A stretch of DNA of 63,445 bases, filler included, from Collodictyon triciliatum (lineage: Eukaryota), in NCBI GenBank assembly GCA_043381765.1. It is 4 parts of 4 records of this genome, joined end to end, with 100 filler letters (N's around TTAATTAATTAA, not from the genome) between each part and the next. Parts side by side here need not be neighbours in the genome. Positions count along the whole stretch, not along the records: positions 33,887 to 51,940 come from JBHJMP010001407.1; positions 52,041 to 63,445 come from JBHJMP010001421.1; 2 more parts are not named here. One strand, written 5' to 3'. Shown here piece after piece: positions 42,584 through 54,116 of this stretch. Position 1 is the stretch's first letter. Each line of letters begins with the position of its first letter. Position numbers and translations under genes: made by a program. The notes beneath the pieces were generated by a model. That model saw only the letters and a list, made by a program, of their open reading frames with translations, was not told where the DNA came from and ran no database searches.

Positions 42584-45500
42584 TTAAACGAGAGAATAGT
42601 CAATAGGCCAGGCAGTGAAGGAAGCAAGAGAAAGAATCGCCTCGCTATGGCCAGTCAAGCATGCGAGCTGATGCCCTGTCTCGGCCTGCCACACACCGAT
42701 TGTTTTGTCATAGCTCGCCGAAACCAAGTCCTGGATTGGTCCGGCTGGCAAAGCGTCTTGGTCTGATGGCTGCGATGGAGATTTTGGAGCGTATGGTAGC
42801 GTGATTGGGAGAAGGCAAGAGACATTCCATGTATGACCCTTGATGATGCGTAATTCTGTGGACGTGCGAAGGTCCCAGATGCGGATGGTTCTGTCTTCAC
42901 TACCGGAAGCTATGTAGTGGGTGCCTGGGAGGTGGCAACACGTATTCACAGCAAGAACATGGCCGCGCAAGCACAGTCCGGGCGAAGCTGTCCGTGGGTC
43001 CCAGAGGCGGACAGTCTTGTCTCCATAGAAACTTCCAGAAGCCGACAGGAGCGTGTCAGAATGCTGCTCAGGAGGCCGGCAGGATGCAAGCGCTTTGACA
43101 TGGCTTTTGTGCCCTGTCATGAGGCCTAATCCCTGCTGCGTTCGAGGGTCCCACAATCGGATTCCTGCATCGCTACCGTTGTACAGACTCCCACCCGATG
43201 CCAGCCACTCTCCATGCCCCGCTACATCAATAGAGCAGAGAGACAACACAGCAGCCTCGTGGCCCACAAGATTAGCTTCCGCTTGAAGCCCTGTAGTCGC
43301 TCCATTCGTCTCTGCACCTACAGGCTTAATAGCATCTCGCGGAGCTGACCAGAGTCGCACAGTGCGGTCGTATCCAGCCGTTGCAACCAACCCAGCAACC
43401 TGACAGACAGAGTACACAGCCTGTTGGTGTCCTGAAGCTTCCCACATTTCGCGTCTCTTATCTGGTTGCTGCTCTTTTTGATGAGGCGTTCTGCGCTCAA
43501 TCACGGGCCGCATTCGAACTCGACCATCGCTCCCGCTAGTGAGGATGCGCAAATCATCTGCATAATGCAAAGGGACCCGGCTGAGCACCTTTGTATTTAT
43601 TTGGTCTCTTACATCATCGCTTGTTTCTCGTGCTAGTCCCGTGATACCCTCTCTTTCTTGATGAACAACACCGGGCCGAAAAATGGATGTACACGTTATT
43701 CCTTGGTCATGTGCCTTGATTCTCTGGTTGGCCAGTGCCCACCCTTTGGGGTGACAAAGGTCCCATATGCTCAAATTTTTGTCTTCCCCTCCACTAATTA
43801 CATATGGTCTTGGATGGCGGTATGCTTTTTCTATGGGGCTCAATCCCTCTTCATCACCGTCATTATTATCATGGCCATCATCTCCTGCGTCATCCTGATC
43901 CCTCCCATTTTTTCGCTGTGATAGCCGTGGGCGTGTAGGAGCTTTTGGTGGGACAAAAGAACCGTCTGCTATCTGTAAGCTGACTTGAAGCTGCTCAACT
44001 GTGCTTTGTAGTTCATCAATCTCACGGAGAGCCTCCAAGTGCAAAGCATGATGACTTTCAGATTCTGCTGTCCTTGATTGGAGGTGGCGTCGAAGTTGTA
44101 TAACTTCCTCTTGTAAGCGTTGTTGCTGCATGCGAAGGGAATGTGCCTCGTCCAAACGGTCTCGAATAGCCATGTCCATAATATCTGTTCCGAAACTTTC
44201 TGAATGGACAAGGTTGCCAACTGATTCCGTTGCATTCGTAAGAGCCTCAAGACTCTCTTGGATTGATAGGTCAGCTGGATTGGCTTTCTCTAATTTTAAT
44301 AGACCCTCCAATCCATCGGTTAATCGCATTTGTTCATAACGCGTGAATCGGAACGGTTCTTCGGAAAGCATATCGGCAGTTAGTTTGGAAATCATTCTTC
44401 CATCTATGTGTTCTTGGCAGAGCACAGACAATATTCGTTGAGGTACATGCTGCTTCGACAGTTGCTCAGCCAATTGAGTTGCTGAAAGGGAGTGTAGATT
44501 GAATTGCTTGGTATGCACATTTTCCTTAATTTCACGGCTGTTGGACTTCGTCTTTGTAGAACTTGGCTTTGTATTCTGCATCGTTGGATTTGTGCGGGGG
44601 TTAGCACAATGACGGAAAGCTATACCACAGAGAAACTGTACCCAAGACGATAAAGATGGTTGCTGATTTGTTTTGAGGCTAAGCGAGTCATGAAGAAATT
44701 GGCGGAATTCCGGGTGAATAGATGATGCTCGTGGAATGGACAAAAGAGATATAGGTTGTGGGTTCGATGCACTAGAATTGGCCGACATGGATGGAGAACC
44801 AAGCAACATCTCACAAAACACTTGGGCCAAGGAGAAGCACAGGTGGCTTTGGATAGTTTCCTGATTAATGTGCGTAGATTCTGTTGGTGACTCAAGTTGT
44901 GAGCAGCCTTGGACAATACTAAATGGAAATAACCCCGAGTCAGAAAGTCTCCAGCAACCATCTGGGAATCGAAGAATCTTGGATGAGCTTAGGCGTTGGT
45001 AAGTTTTCCCAGGATTCTTTTTAAATTGCTCCAGCAAGGCTGATACGATGGGTATTAAAGTGTTGGCTGCGAGTGCGGGCGGCAATCCAATTTGGCTGTG
45101 CATGGGTGAATCAAGCCAGTCTCGCAAGGAGCCAAGAGGCGTAAAGGGTACCAAGGCGATGACCTTTGATATTTTATGGCCTTCAAGAGAGTCATCCGGA
45201 ATGATTCTAAAGCTGAGAAATGGGACGATATGAGATGGGCATTCCTTTGTGATGCTTTCCACGTCCGATATGGAAGAAAATCCTGTTTCAGGGCTCAGCT
45301 GAATGGAAAATGTCCTCAGCAATCCGGTAGCAGACTCTGGAGGCATTTGAGAAGTATCTTGGCTGTAATTACCTCCAATTCTTAATTCCTTGTAATTTGG
45401 CTCTATTCCGATGGTTGCAAGTAGCATAGGTGGATTTTTCTTTGCTCTGAAGGGAACAGCATGATTTTCATGCTTTGCTATCCGCTCTTTCAGTGCTTCC

Positions 45501-46156
45501 AGTTTACCTTTCCACATCTGGATTTCCTGTCTTCTGTTTGCCGAAAGGGACTTTAGCGATGTCTGTGTTTGTGAGCGAGGGGAGGATAACAGGTGACTTG
45601 CAAGGTCTGTGTCTGTGTCCAGAGCCAAGTAGAGCTGCTCCATGCCATTGTCTACTCCATAGACTCGAGCCAGTCGAAGTACAGAATCAAGCGCACTGTT
45701 TTCCTTGATTGTATGAATTGCCTCGTAGGCAGGCGCACACATGGCCAACAATGCCGCTGCACCATCGTTACGAGGGGCTATGGCATATAAAGAGAGGCTC
45801 ATTTGGCCTTGGTCTCTCGCCTTTGCACGGGCCCAGACCGGGTTGAGCGTCTCCGAGAGGCACTCGAGAAACAGATTGTCCAGCTGATCCTCTGGATACA
45901 GAAGCTGAATCCAGTCGTCCCCGTCTGAATGGAGGCCTTGCCATAGTTCAGCACACTTTTGCGCAACTCTCGAAGCAGCCGTCAGTGTGAGTGCGGTAGG
46001 GATGCAGGCTACTCCAATAGCGGTTGGTGCCTCTGGAACTTGGGCTGCGGCGCTTCCCAGGATCTTTGAAAGCAGCAGAAATCGGTTGCGGCAGCGAGTC
46101 TGCTTTGTCTGCTCACACAGGCCGATCGTGCGTCCAATCACCAATTCATGGCTCAT
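42584..46156 (-). CDS. Single-exon 1190-aa protein: helical N-terminal domain, pseudokinase, SAM, coiled coil, WD40 propeller
   Basis: Kinase-fold remnants: PFTPLGSLRDWL, YQRLSSSKILR, WRLSDSGL, FSLAQVFCEMLLG. SAM-like: LSATQLAEQL..LCQEHIDGRMISKLTADML. About 7 WD40 repeats, e.g. GHVLAVNTCCHLPGTHYIASGSEDRTIRIWD. Confidence 0.85.
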   Translation of the reverse strand: MSHELVIGRTIGLCEQTKQTRCRNRFLLLSKILGSAAAQVPEAPTAIGVACIPTALTLTAASRVAQKCAELWQGLHSDGDDWIQLLYPEDQLDNLFLECLSETLNPVWARAKARDQGQMSLSLYAIAPRNDGAAALLAMCAPAYEAIHTIKENSALDSVLRLARVYGVDNGMEQLYLALDTDTDLASHLLSSPRSQTQTSLKSLSANRRQEIQMWKGKLEALKERIAKHENHAVPFRAKKNPPMLLATIGIEPNYKELRIGGNYSQDTSQMPPESATGLLRTFSIQLSPETGFSSISDVESITKECPSHIVPFLSFRIIPDDSLEGHKISKVIALVPFTPLGSLRDWLDSPMHSQIGLPPALAANTLIPIVSALLEQFKKNPGKTYQRLSSSKILRFPDGCWRLSDSGLFPFSIVQGCSQLESPTESTHINQETIQSHLCFSLAQVFCEMLLGSPSMSANSSASNPQPISLLSIPRASSIHPEFRQFLHDSLSLKTNQQPSLSSWVQFLCGIAFRHCANPRTNPTMQNTKPSSTKTKSNSREIKENVHTKQFNLHSLSATQLAEQLSKQHVPQRILSVLCQEHIDGRMISKLTADMLSEEPFRFTRYEQMRLTDGLEGLLKLEKANPADLSIQESLEALTNATESVGNLVHSESFGTDIMDMAIRDRLDEAHSLRMQQQRLQEEVIQLRRHLQSRTAESESHHALHLEALREIDELQSTVEQLQVSLQIADGSFVPPKAPTRPRLSQRKNGRDQDDAGDDGHDNNDGDEEGLSPIEKAYRHPRPYVISGGEDKNLSIWDLCHPKGWALANQRIKAHDQGITCTSIFRPGVVHQEREGITGLARETSDDVRDQINTKVLSRVPLHYADDLRILTSGSDGRVRMRPVIERRTPHQKEQQPDKRREMWEASGHQQAVYSVCQVAGLVATAGYDRTVRLWSAPRDAIKPVGAETNGATTGLQAEANLVGHEAAVLSLCSIDVAGHGEWLASGGSLYNGSDAGIRLWDPRTQQGLGLMTGHKSHVKALASCRPPEQHSDTLLSASGSFYGDKTVRLWDPRTASPGLCLRGHVLAVNTCCHLPGTHYIASGSEDRTIRIWDLRTSTELRIIKGHTWNVSCLLPITLPYAPKSPSQPSDQDALPAGPIQDLVSASYDKTIGVWQAETGHQLACLTGHSEAILSLASFTAWPIDYSLV

Positions 46157-46636
46157 TTTGTTGTGCGAGGCTGCGAGTCTATTCGGCGGAATAAACCCAC
46201 CTTTTTCCTTGTTGTCTGTGTCTGCGCTTCCTCCTGTCCGCTTGTGCCTGTCGGTCGTTGCCTTTTTTTTTTTGATCCTTTTTCTTTTTCTTTTTGAATA
46301 CCCTTTTTTTTATTGATATTTTTTTTTCTTAAATCTCAATTTTGTTTTGGTTTAATCCAGAAAAAGGAATATTGTTATGGTATATTATATATGGTTGATA
46401 TACCACGGTATATATAATATTGTATCTGTCGCATCCCAATGCCTGTTCTCTGGCTTGACAGGCCAAAAGCTGCCACAAGATCGAGGCGCGTTGCGCAGGC
46501 ACATAGGGAACAACCTGCTCGGCCATTGTCGACGCGCCTCAGTGCAGCCCCTTCTGCTTGCTCGCCTCACGTTCGAAGCAAACGACCTTCGATATCACCT
46601 CACCAACAGATTGTCTGGCACTGTCATCGTTCTCTC

Positions 46637-46744
<108 letters not shown>

Positions 46745-46840
46745 TTTGACAGGTCTTTCGATGAGAAAAAAAAAAACTAAAAAAAATAATGTATAGATCA
46801 TAAAACACCAGCAAGCAGAGCACAGCCAGGAGCGGACCGG

Positions 46841-47963
46841 ATGGACCTGGCTGAGCTGGAGAACAGCGTGTTCACGGAGCGGCGGGAGGAGATTGTTGTG
46901 GGGCGGGAGATCGCGGAGGCGGCGGGGGCGGCGGGATGGCGGGAGCAGGGGCAGGAGCAGGAGCAGGTGTGGGGGTGGCACTGGGGCGAGTGGCAGGGCG
47001 TGCCGGTGACGGTGAAGGTGATCCCGTGGACGTGCTTCGACCGGCCGCACTGGTCGCAGCGGCGCGGGGAGCTGGCGGGGGTGTACGGGGCGGCGGGGGT
47101 GAGCGCAGAGCCGGATGCGGACGAGCTGGACGGGACGGGCAGCTACGCGGGGCTGCTGCAGAGGATCCGCCTGCTGCGCTCCCACCCGCACCCGGCCATC
47201 CTGACCGTCTACGGCGCTGCGCGGGGCGACGATGCCATCTACGTCCTCGTGGAGCACCCGCATCTGCCGCACGCGGGCACTGCCGCCCTGGCCATGCAGC
47301 CGGGCCTGCCTCCCTGTGCGCCGCACGCTGTGCTGCACTGGGCGCGCCACCTGGCCTCGGCCCTGGCCTTCCTGCAGGCCCACGCGGCCGTCCCGGGCTC
47401 GGCATACGGCGCCCTCTCGCCCCTGTCCGTGGCCACCGCCGCCGCCGCCAACGCCGCTGCCAAGCCCTGGGCAAAGCTGGACCCGCTGCCCCAAGCCGCG
47501 TTCCTCGCCTGCGCCCCGCTGCCCCACGAGCTGCCCCCCGTGCTCTGGCCCTTCTGCGCGCCCGAGCTGCTCGCCCGCCCCCCGCCACACTCCGCTCACC
47601 CCGCCGCCGCCGACACCTACGCCCTCGCCGCCCTTGTCCGCTGCCTCCTCGCCCCGCACCCGCGCCCGACCCCTGCCTTCCCACCCCTCATCTCCCCCAT
47701 CCCCGTCCCTGTCCCAGCGACCGCCGCCCCGCACCCGCGTCCCCCGCGCCCCTCCCTCCTCGACTACCTCGCAGCCGGCCCCTGGTCCTCCCCCTGGGTT
47801 CCCAACGACCGCCGCCTCGCACCCCTTGCAAGGTCCATCTCTGCCGCGCTCTCTCCGGACCCCGCCAGGAGGCCTGCCCTCTCCAACATCGCCGCAATCC
47901 TCAAGCAGGCCCTCCTTGTCCCGGAGTCGGTGTTTCTACTGGTTGGTCCTCTCTCTCTCTTTT

Positions 47964-48051
<88 letters not shown>

Positions 48052-51000
48052 TCATTCATTCTTTCATTCTTTCTTTCATTCTTTCTTTCATCGTCACATT
48101 CATGATGCTTTTCATTGAATGAACATCGCTGTGTGCAGGAGCATTCGCAAAGGATGGACACAGAGTACGGTTCTTCTCTCAGTCAACATGTCTCTCCACT
48201 TGGTAACCATCCGGCCTCTGGCTTACATGAGAAAAGTGTCCCATCGCCGGCAGATTTTGCCAAGGCTGAAGATTCTATGGGGCCACAGAAGCTCCCTCAA
48301 AACTTTTCTGATCAGATAGAATCACCGGCCCTCAGTAACTTCAAGGACGATTTGAAAGCTAGTTTTGCTCCGGTTGAAAAGGGGAATTTTATCGATGCTG
48401 CTGCCCTCCTTCTCTCCCTCGGCCAAGAACCTCTGGCTCCCAAATCGTCGATGGAACAATCACTCTCTCATGGTCATGATGTCAAAAAGGATGTAGGGAT
48501 TCGAAGTTTGACTGATTCCAGTGATATTTACCAACTTTACGATAGACTGTTGCACCATTATGGATCTGCTCCTCACAACGCTCCAATGGAATATTACGAG
48601 CCTTGTGTTGTTCTGATCCGAAAAATATTCCAAATCGATTCTACCTTTCTTCCTCTTTGGATAACCTTTCAACATATAAGTGATGACAAACCAAAACTTT
48701 TCCCTTATTCTGAGTTCAATCCGATGATGAAGCAACTATACCAATCCTCCAAGACTCTATCACCTGATAAACTCAGGTTCTGGGAATCATTTGTTGTGTC
48801 TCTATTCGAACAAAACAGGCTATTCATTTCCTCGTCGCCTGTCTCTATCCTCAAAGTTTTGGTATATTCTGCCTTTTATTTGTCATACGTAAAGAACACC
48901 CATCTAACTCTTTCTTCTCTGGTCGAAATCACATCGCAACAAGGAGGACAGCCTGAAATACCCGCACCATACTTTGTTTATGGGTATTATATACTAGCAG
49001 GGATGTTTGGGAAAGGAATGCTCTTAGAGCAAGGTGTTGGGTTTTTGGGGAAAGCTGCGATGATGGGGCACGCATACGCGCAGTACAAGTATGGCCAGTC
49101 ATACGAATCGGGCATTGGTGTTCGAAAAAGTATCTCAGAGGCCTTCCACTGGTACAAACTATCTGCAGAGAACGGTGATAAAAGCGGGCAGTTCAACCTG
49201 GCGAATCTGTACTACCAAGGTATAGGTTGTGCGGCAAACCATGTGGAGGCCAAAAAATGGATGAAGTCTTCTGCTGACCAAGGGCATCCCAACGCTATCG
49301 CCATGATGGAAAAACTCGGGGACTCACAAAAACAATATGGGAAACATGTGCATGTGCAAAATCGTGAAAAACAAACAGACCCCAATATTGCCGATCTTGT
49401 GTTACAATCCATGCAAAAAATTGCAGACAAAGAGGAGAGCCCACAGGCCATGGTGGCAGCTGGGAAAAACTATCTTTATGCTAGGGACATTGCACAAAGC
49501 AAACAGAAAGCGTTTGAAATATTCACCAAAGCAGCCGAAGCAGATTACATCCCAGCAAAATACTATGTTGCTTTTTGTCTAGAGTATGGACATGGAGTTG
49601 TTATGAACGTAAGGAAGGCTATCGATTTATACCGATTATGTGCTGATAAAGGTCACGATGGCTCTCAATATCGCCTTGCATACCATCTTTTCATCGGTTC
49701 GTACATCCAGTCAAATTATGCGGAATCTGCTCATTTCTTACAGCTCGCTGCCAGTCAGAATTTCAAACAGGCGCAATATCGGTTGGCTACATTTTATTTA
49801 TCTGGAACTGGTGTGGAAATGAACAAAGAGGAGGCTTTCTTTTGGATGAAAACTTGTGCGGATAAAGGTATCCTCGATGCCATCTGCGAGGTAGGGTTGT
49901 TCTACCTGAAAGGCACAGGAACAGAAGTCAATCAACCTCTTGGACTAAAATACCTCAAGACAGCCGCAAAGTATGGTCATGAGGAAGCTTTGGAGCTCTA
50001 TTCCCGCTATGAGGGAAAATTACAAAGCGGGTTTACTCCCAGCGCGCAGGCGTATCGCAAGGTAGTGGACCGAAAATTTGAAATCATAGAAGATGATAGC
50101 GACGAGGAAGATGGGAAAGATGAGTCAGTCCATAAAAGTGAAAATGCTACTGGAGATGAGGAATCTGACTTGAAAGAGTTTGGCGGTGAGAAGTCCAAGC
50201 CTGCCCGTTCTGAGAATGACAAAGAGGATCTTTTGAAGACAATGACCATTTTGCGAGAGCAGAAAATTGCGCCTGCCGAGGATGGAAGAGGGGCAAAGTC
50301 TGCCAGCTCTCCTTCGGTGCGTTCACAGGAAAGAGACGTCAATCCCATGACTTATGTACACTTGATACCAGGAGATGAGGAAACAAGAAACTACGAATTG
50401 GGTATGGAATATCTAGAAGCAACGACTGCTCACCAAAAGAACTATACAACTGCATACAACTACTTTTTACAAGCAGCAAAGAAAGGGCATGCACAGTCCA
50501 TGAGTATGGTAGGGAAAATGTGGAACGAAGGACTTGCAAGACCGATTGATGACGAGAAGGCTTTTAGTTGGTACACTGCTGCCACTGAGAAGGATGACAT
50601 GGAAGGGATATACATGCTTGGTAAATATTACTATACCGGCCTTGCCTCAGTTCGGTCTGCGGAGCGTTCTTTCTCTTTATTGAAGAAGGCAGCAGAAAGA
50701 AATCACGCAGGTGCACAGAGATATGTTGCATACCTTTATCAAGAGGGTTATGGCACCCAGCGCAGCAACCAGGAATACATCCGCTGGCTACGAAAGTCAT
50801 CGAGTAACGGGGACATGACTGCGACGTATCAGTTGGGTCGAGAAATGATTAGTGGCAAATGCACAGGCGTGAAGGATTTAGTGGAAGGATTTTCGCTGTT
50901 TGAAAAGGCTGCCAACGCAGGAAATCGGGTATCCATGCTTTACGTGGCCCAGTTATATGAATCTGGCTATGGCGTAGAGAAGGATATACAGCAAGCTAAA

Positions 51001-51081
51001 AAATACTATACGATGGCTGACCATGCCGGGTATTACAAGGCTAAAAAGGAGCTTGCCCGTTTAAAAGAACAAGGCTACTGA
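46841..51081 (+). CDS. TKL-like pseudokinase fused to Sel1-like repeats, 2 exons
   Basis: Exon 1 has kinase motifs GEWQGVPVTVKV, HPAILTVYG..IYVLVEH, WARHLASALAFL, FCAPELL, ADTYAL and DPARRP. Phase-0 donors at 47930 or 47942 match the phase-0 acceptor TGCAG|GAG at 48139, across a (CTTT)n intron. Exon 2 has roughly 14 Sel1 repeats, e.g. AQYKYGQSYESGIGVRKSISEAFHWYKLSAENG. Confidence 0.78.
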
Positions 51082-51843
51082 AGAATGGCTATGTGTTCTT
51101 TATTGCCTATTGAAGCGAAATCCCTGAAGGGCTCTAGGCATTCTGAAGTTTCCGATCCACACCCGGAACTTAGAACAATAAATGAATAAATAAATGATAA
51201 TCAAGCCAGCCCCACCATCGCATAAGGCGCCACGAAATAGGGACGACCAAATAAACTCCTCTAACATTATCTTTTTTGTGTATATATTGTTTGTTTGTTT
51301 TTTCGGTTGGCTTGGCTTGGCTTGGCTTGGCTTGGCTTGGCTTGGCTTGGCTTTGTTTTGTTTTGTTTTGTTGTGATGTAATGGTGCGTGGTGTTTGTTA
51401 TTTGATAATGAGGGCCGCACAATATGTTTATGCTAAATGAAATCGAGCGCTATCAGCAGACAGGTGGCAAAGAGCTTGACGAAGGAAAGGTAAGGAAAGG
51501 AAAAGAAAGGAAAGAAAAAATTAAAAGACAATTAAATGCAAGCACTTCCACATTCGAAACGTTGTTTGACAAAAAAGAAGAAAAAAGGAAGAGATAAAGA
51601 AGAAAAAAAAAGATAGTCGTGCTCATGTATAATCGCGAAAGTAAGGTTTCTCTTCAGGGAGCATGAGCGCGCAGTGGCTACTGAGATGGTGCAGTATCCC
51701 AATCGTTGTTGTGCATTGAAAGGGCAATTGCAGCATTTCTGTGATTGAAAATAGTGAGAATGATTGAAAATTGAAGTATTAGTTGTAATAAATGAATGAA
51801 GAAGCTGGGTGTGTGTGAAAAAAATGTATGATCGTTTATATTG

Positions 51844-51940
51844 TGAGTGAGTGAGTGAGTGAGTGAGTGAGTGAGTGAGTGAGTGAGTGAGTGAGTGAGT
51901 GAGTGAGTGAGTGAGTGAGTGAGTGAGTGAGTGAGTGAGT
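51844..51940. repeat. (GAGT)n microsatellite at the scaffold end
   Basis: Tandem array read directly from the sequence. Confidence 0.97.
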
Positions 51941-52040
51941 NNNNNNNNNNNNNNNNNNNNNNNNNNNNNNNNNNNNNNNNNNNNTTAATTAATTAANNNN
52001 NNNNNNNNNNNNNNNNNNNNNNNNNNNNNNNNNNNNNNNN
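51941..52040. other. Artificial scaffold linker (N44-TTAATTAATTAA-N44)
   Basis: The 12-mer is at 51985-51996. Confidence 0.97.
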
Positions 52041-52370
52041 CAAGTGCAATCACTGATGGTTCTGTATTTTACGTTGATGCTGAGCTTACTGTTCAGATAC
52101 AACGATTTGAATCAAACGACCGAAGTGGTGCTGGTGCTTGTGGTAATTATTCTCAACGGAGGAATAGGCGTAGTTTTTCTCTCCAAAGCAGGGCCTGCAG
52201 TTTTGAGACTAGTATTAACGAGCTTCTTGACAGGACTCTCGTCTGTATGGAGGTTGGTGACTGAGAATGGCATTGTTCGATATATTCTTGGAAATCTCGT
52301 GGGAATACGAATTCGCAAAGATGTCGAGATGCGCGAGATGTCTCCGTCCAAAAGTATAGAAGAGTTTTAA
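52041..52370 (+). CDS. C-terminal fragment of a multi-pass membrane protein (5'-partial)
   Basis: The frame is open from the scaffold edge, with two hydrophobic helices (LMVLYFTLMLSLLF, VVLVLVVIILNGGIGVVFL) and a charged tail. Confidence 0.55.
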   Translation, partial: QVQSLMVLYFTLMLSLLFRYNDLNQTTEVVLVLVVIILNGGIGVVFLSKAGPAVLRLVLTSFLTGLSSVWRLVTENGIVRYILGNLVGIRIRKDVEMREMSPSKSIEEF

Positions 52371-54116
52371 AGGACAATATTCTTATTATTTTTTGCCCAA
52401 TATCAGATTCACTCTTTACACGTCTCTAAAGGCCAATCCAATTTTTCTCATCGCTTTGGATTCGTTTACTCAAATATCCATTAAATAAAAGGAATTGAAA
52501 TACAAAGTGTTTTTGAAAAAAATATAGGAAAAAGCCCTTCGAACAGTTGCTCAGTTATAAAAAGAATGTCTGAATGTCTGAATGTCTGAATATCTGGCTT
52601 ATTATTTTTTCAGTAGCCGTAGCAACCAAATCGATGTTTGAGCGATAGATGCATCGAAATCAATAAAAATAAAAAATAATTATTTGAGTTCCAGTTTCTT
52701 ATTTTTTGCTTTCTTTTATTTTGCATGAGCTTTCTTTTATCACCAGACCCTGCGAAACATCTATTCCAAGCCATAAGGCGATGATGGAATATCCTTCTAG
52801 AATCAAATACGAAGGCATAAATGCATTTAAATAGTTCTGAATGTCTTATTCTCACCGGTTTTTATACAAGTAAATTAACGTGAAGTAAGATTTGTAAATA
52901 TATTGTCTGTTGTTTGATGGCTATTCAAGATAAACAGTCGCTCTTTTGTGGTATCTATTATTTTTTCTTACATTTGTTCATGGTTCTATTATATACATTT
53001 TACTCGATTACTTTCAGAGGGGATACATTGTCTTCTTTTGTAAAGCTTTCTCTTTTTTAAATGCCTCAAGAAAATCGTCAGCTCGACCTTTTCATTTGGC
53101 AGCAGCATAAGGAAATAGAATGATGAAATGTAAATGAAGAAATGGTTTTATGTAAAGCTCCAGGAAATGTACTTGATTCGTTATGCGCTATTCTATGAAT
53201 CCATCCTTTTGAAGAAGGCATAGCTGGAAGTGCTCCAACCAACACAGCGGTTTCGCAGTCTATTTTTTCTTTTGTTTTTATCACCGGTATCTTGTGTACC
53301 AAAGAACAATTATTTTTTGAACATTCAGTTGAGAACCTATGATTATGTTCAAGTTTTTTGTTGCATATTTACATCTGAATCCATGATGTAATGATATTTT
53401 TTCGGCTGTTGATACATTCTAACTTTTCCGTGCCCATTTTGAAATTATATGTATTTTTTTCTGATTATCTGCGGTGTATGAATGGTTGTAAGGCTATGCT
53501 TTTTTTTGCTATCCTCGTCTTTTACGCCAATCTTAATGAACCATGCTGTTCTCCAAGAAAATAAAGAGTCGAGATGATTTAGGTTTGAAGGGAGAATGGC
53601 CGGATTGTCTCTTCCATCACAGACCCATATCATACCGTTAAATGACCTCGGCCAAACCACAATGCGTTGATATTGTCAGCTTTTGCATGATGCGATTTCG
53701 AGACTTTGCGCTTGTTTCCATGTCTCTGGCACTAAAGCTTGTATCGTAGATTTACACAAGGCGTAGCCATAGTTTCATCGCAGTTGATATTTTCACGGAT
53801 AGTCCAACAAAGCAACAAAGCAAAAAAACGACGGAATGATACCAAAAAAGATTTTATACCGTAAACAATATGCAGTATTACTCATGAGGCAGTTGCCAAC
53901 TTCTATTTAGGACAACAGGGCGCACTAAGCTGGAATTGAGACGAGCTGGGATGGAAAGCCTCATTTTCTCGAAGTGGCTGTCAAAAAAAAGAACAAAAGA
54001 AAGGGGAAAGCAAACAGGCAAAGAGTAAGCCAAGACAAGAAACGACACGGACGAGATCCATGTGGTGCCCTCCAACCAAACGTTAATCGCCTCTGAGAAA
54101 GGAAGCGTCGAATCCA

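Noticed and set aside
52610-53964. Possible minus-strand multi-exon gene beginning MRLSIPARLNSSLVRPVVLNRSW (presequence-like)
   Set aside because: I could not assemble phase-consistent downstream exons or identify a domain.
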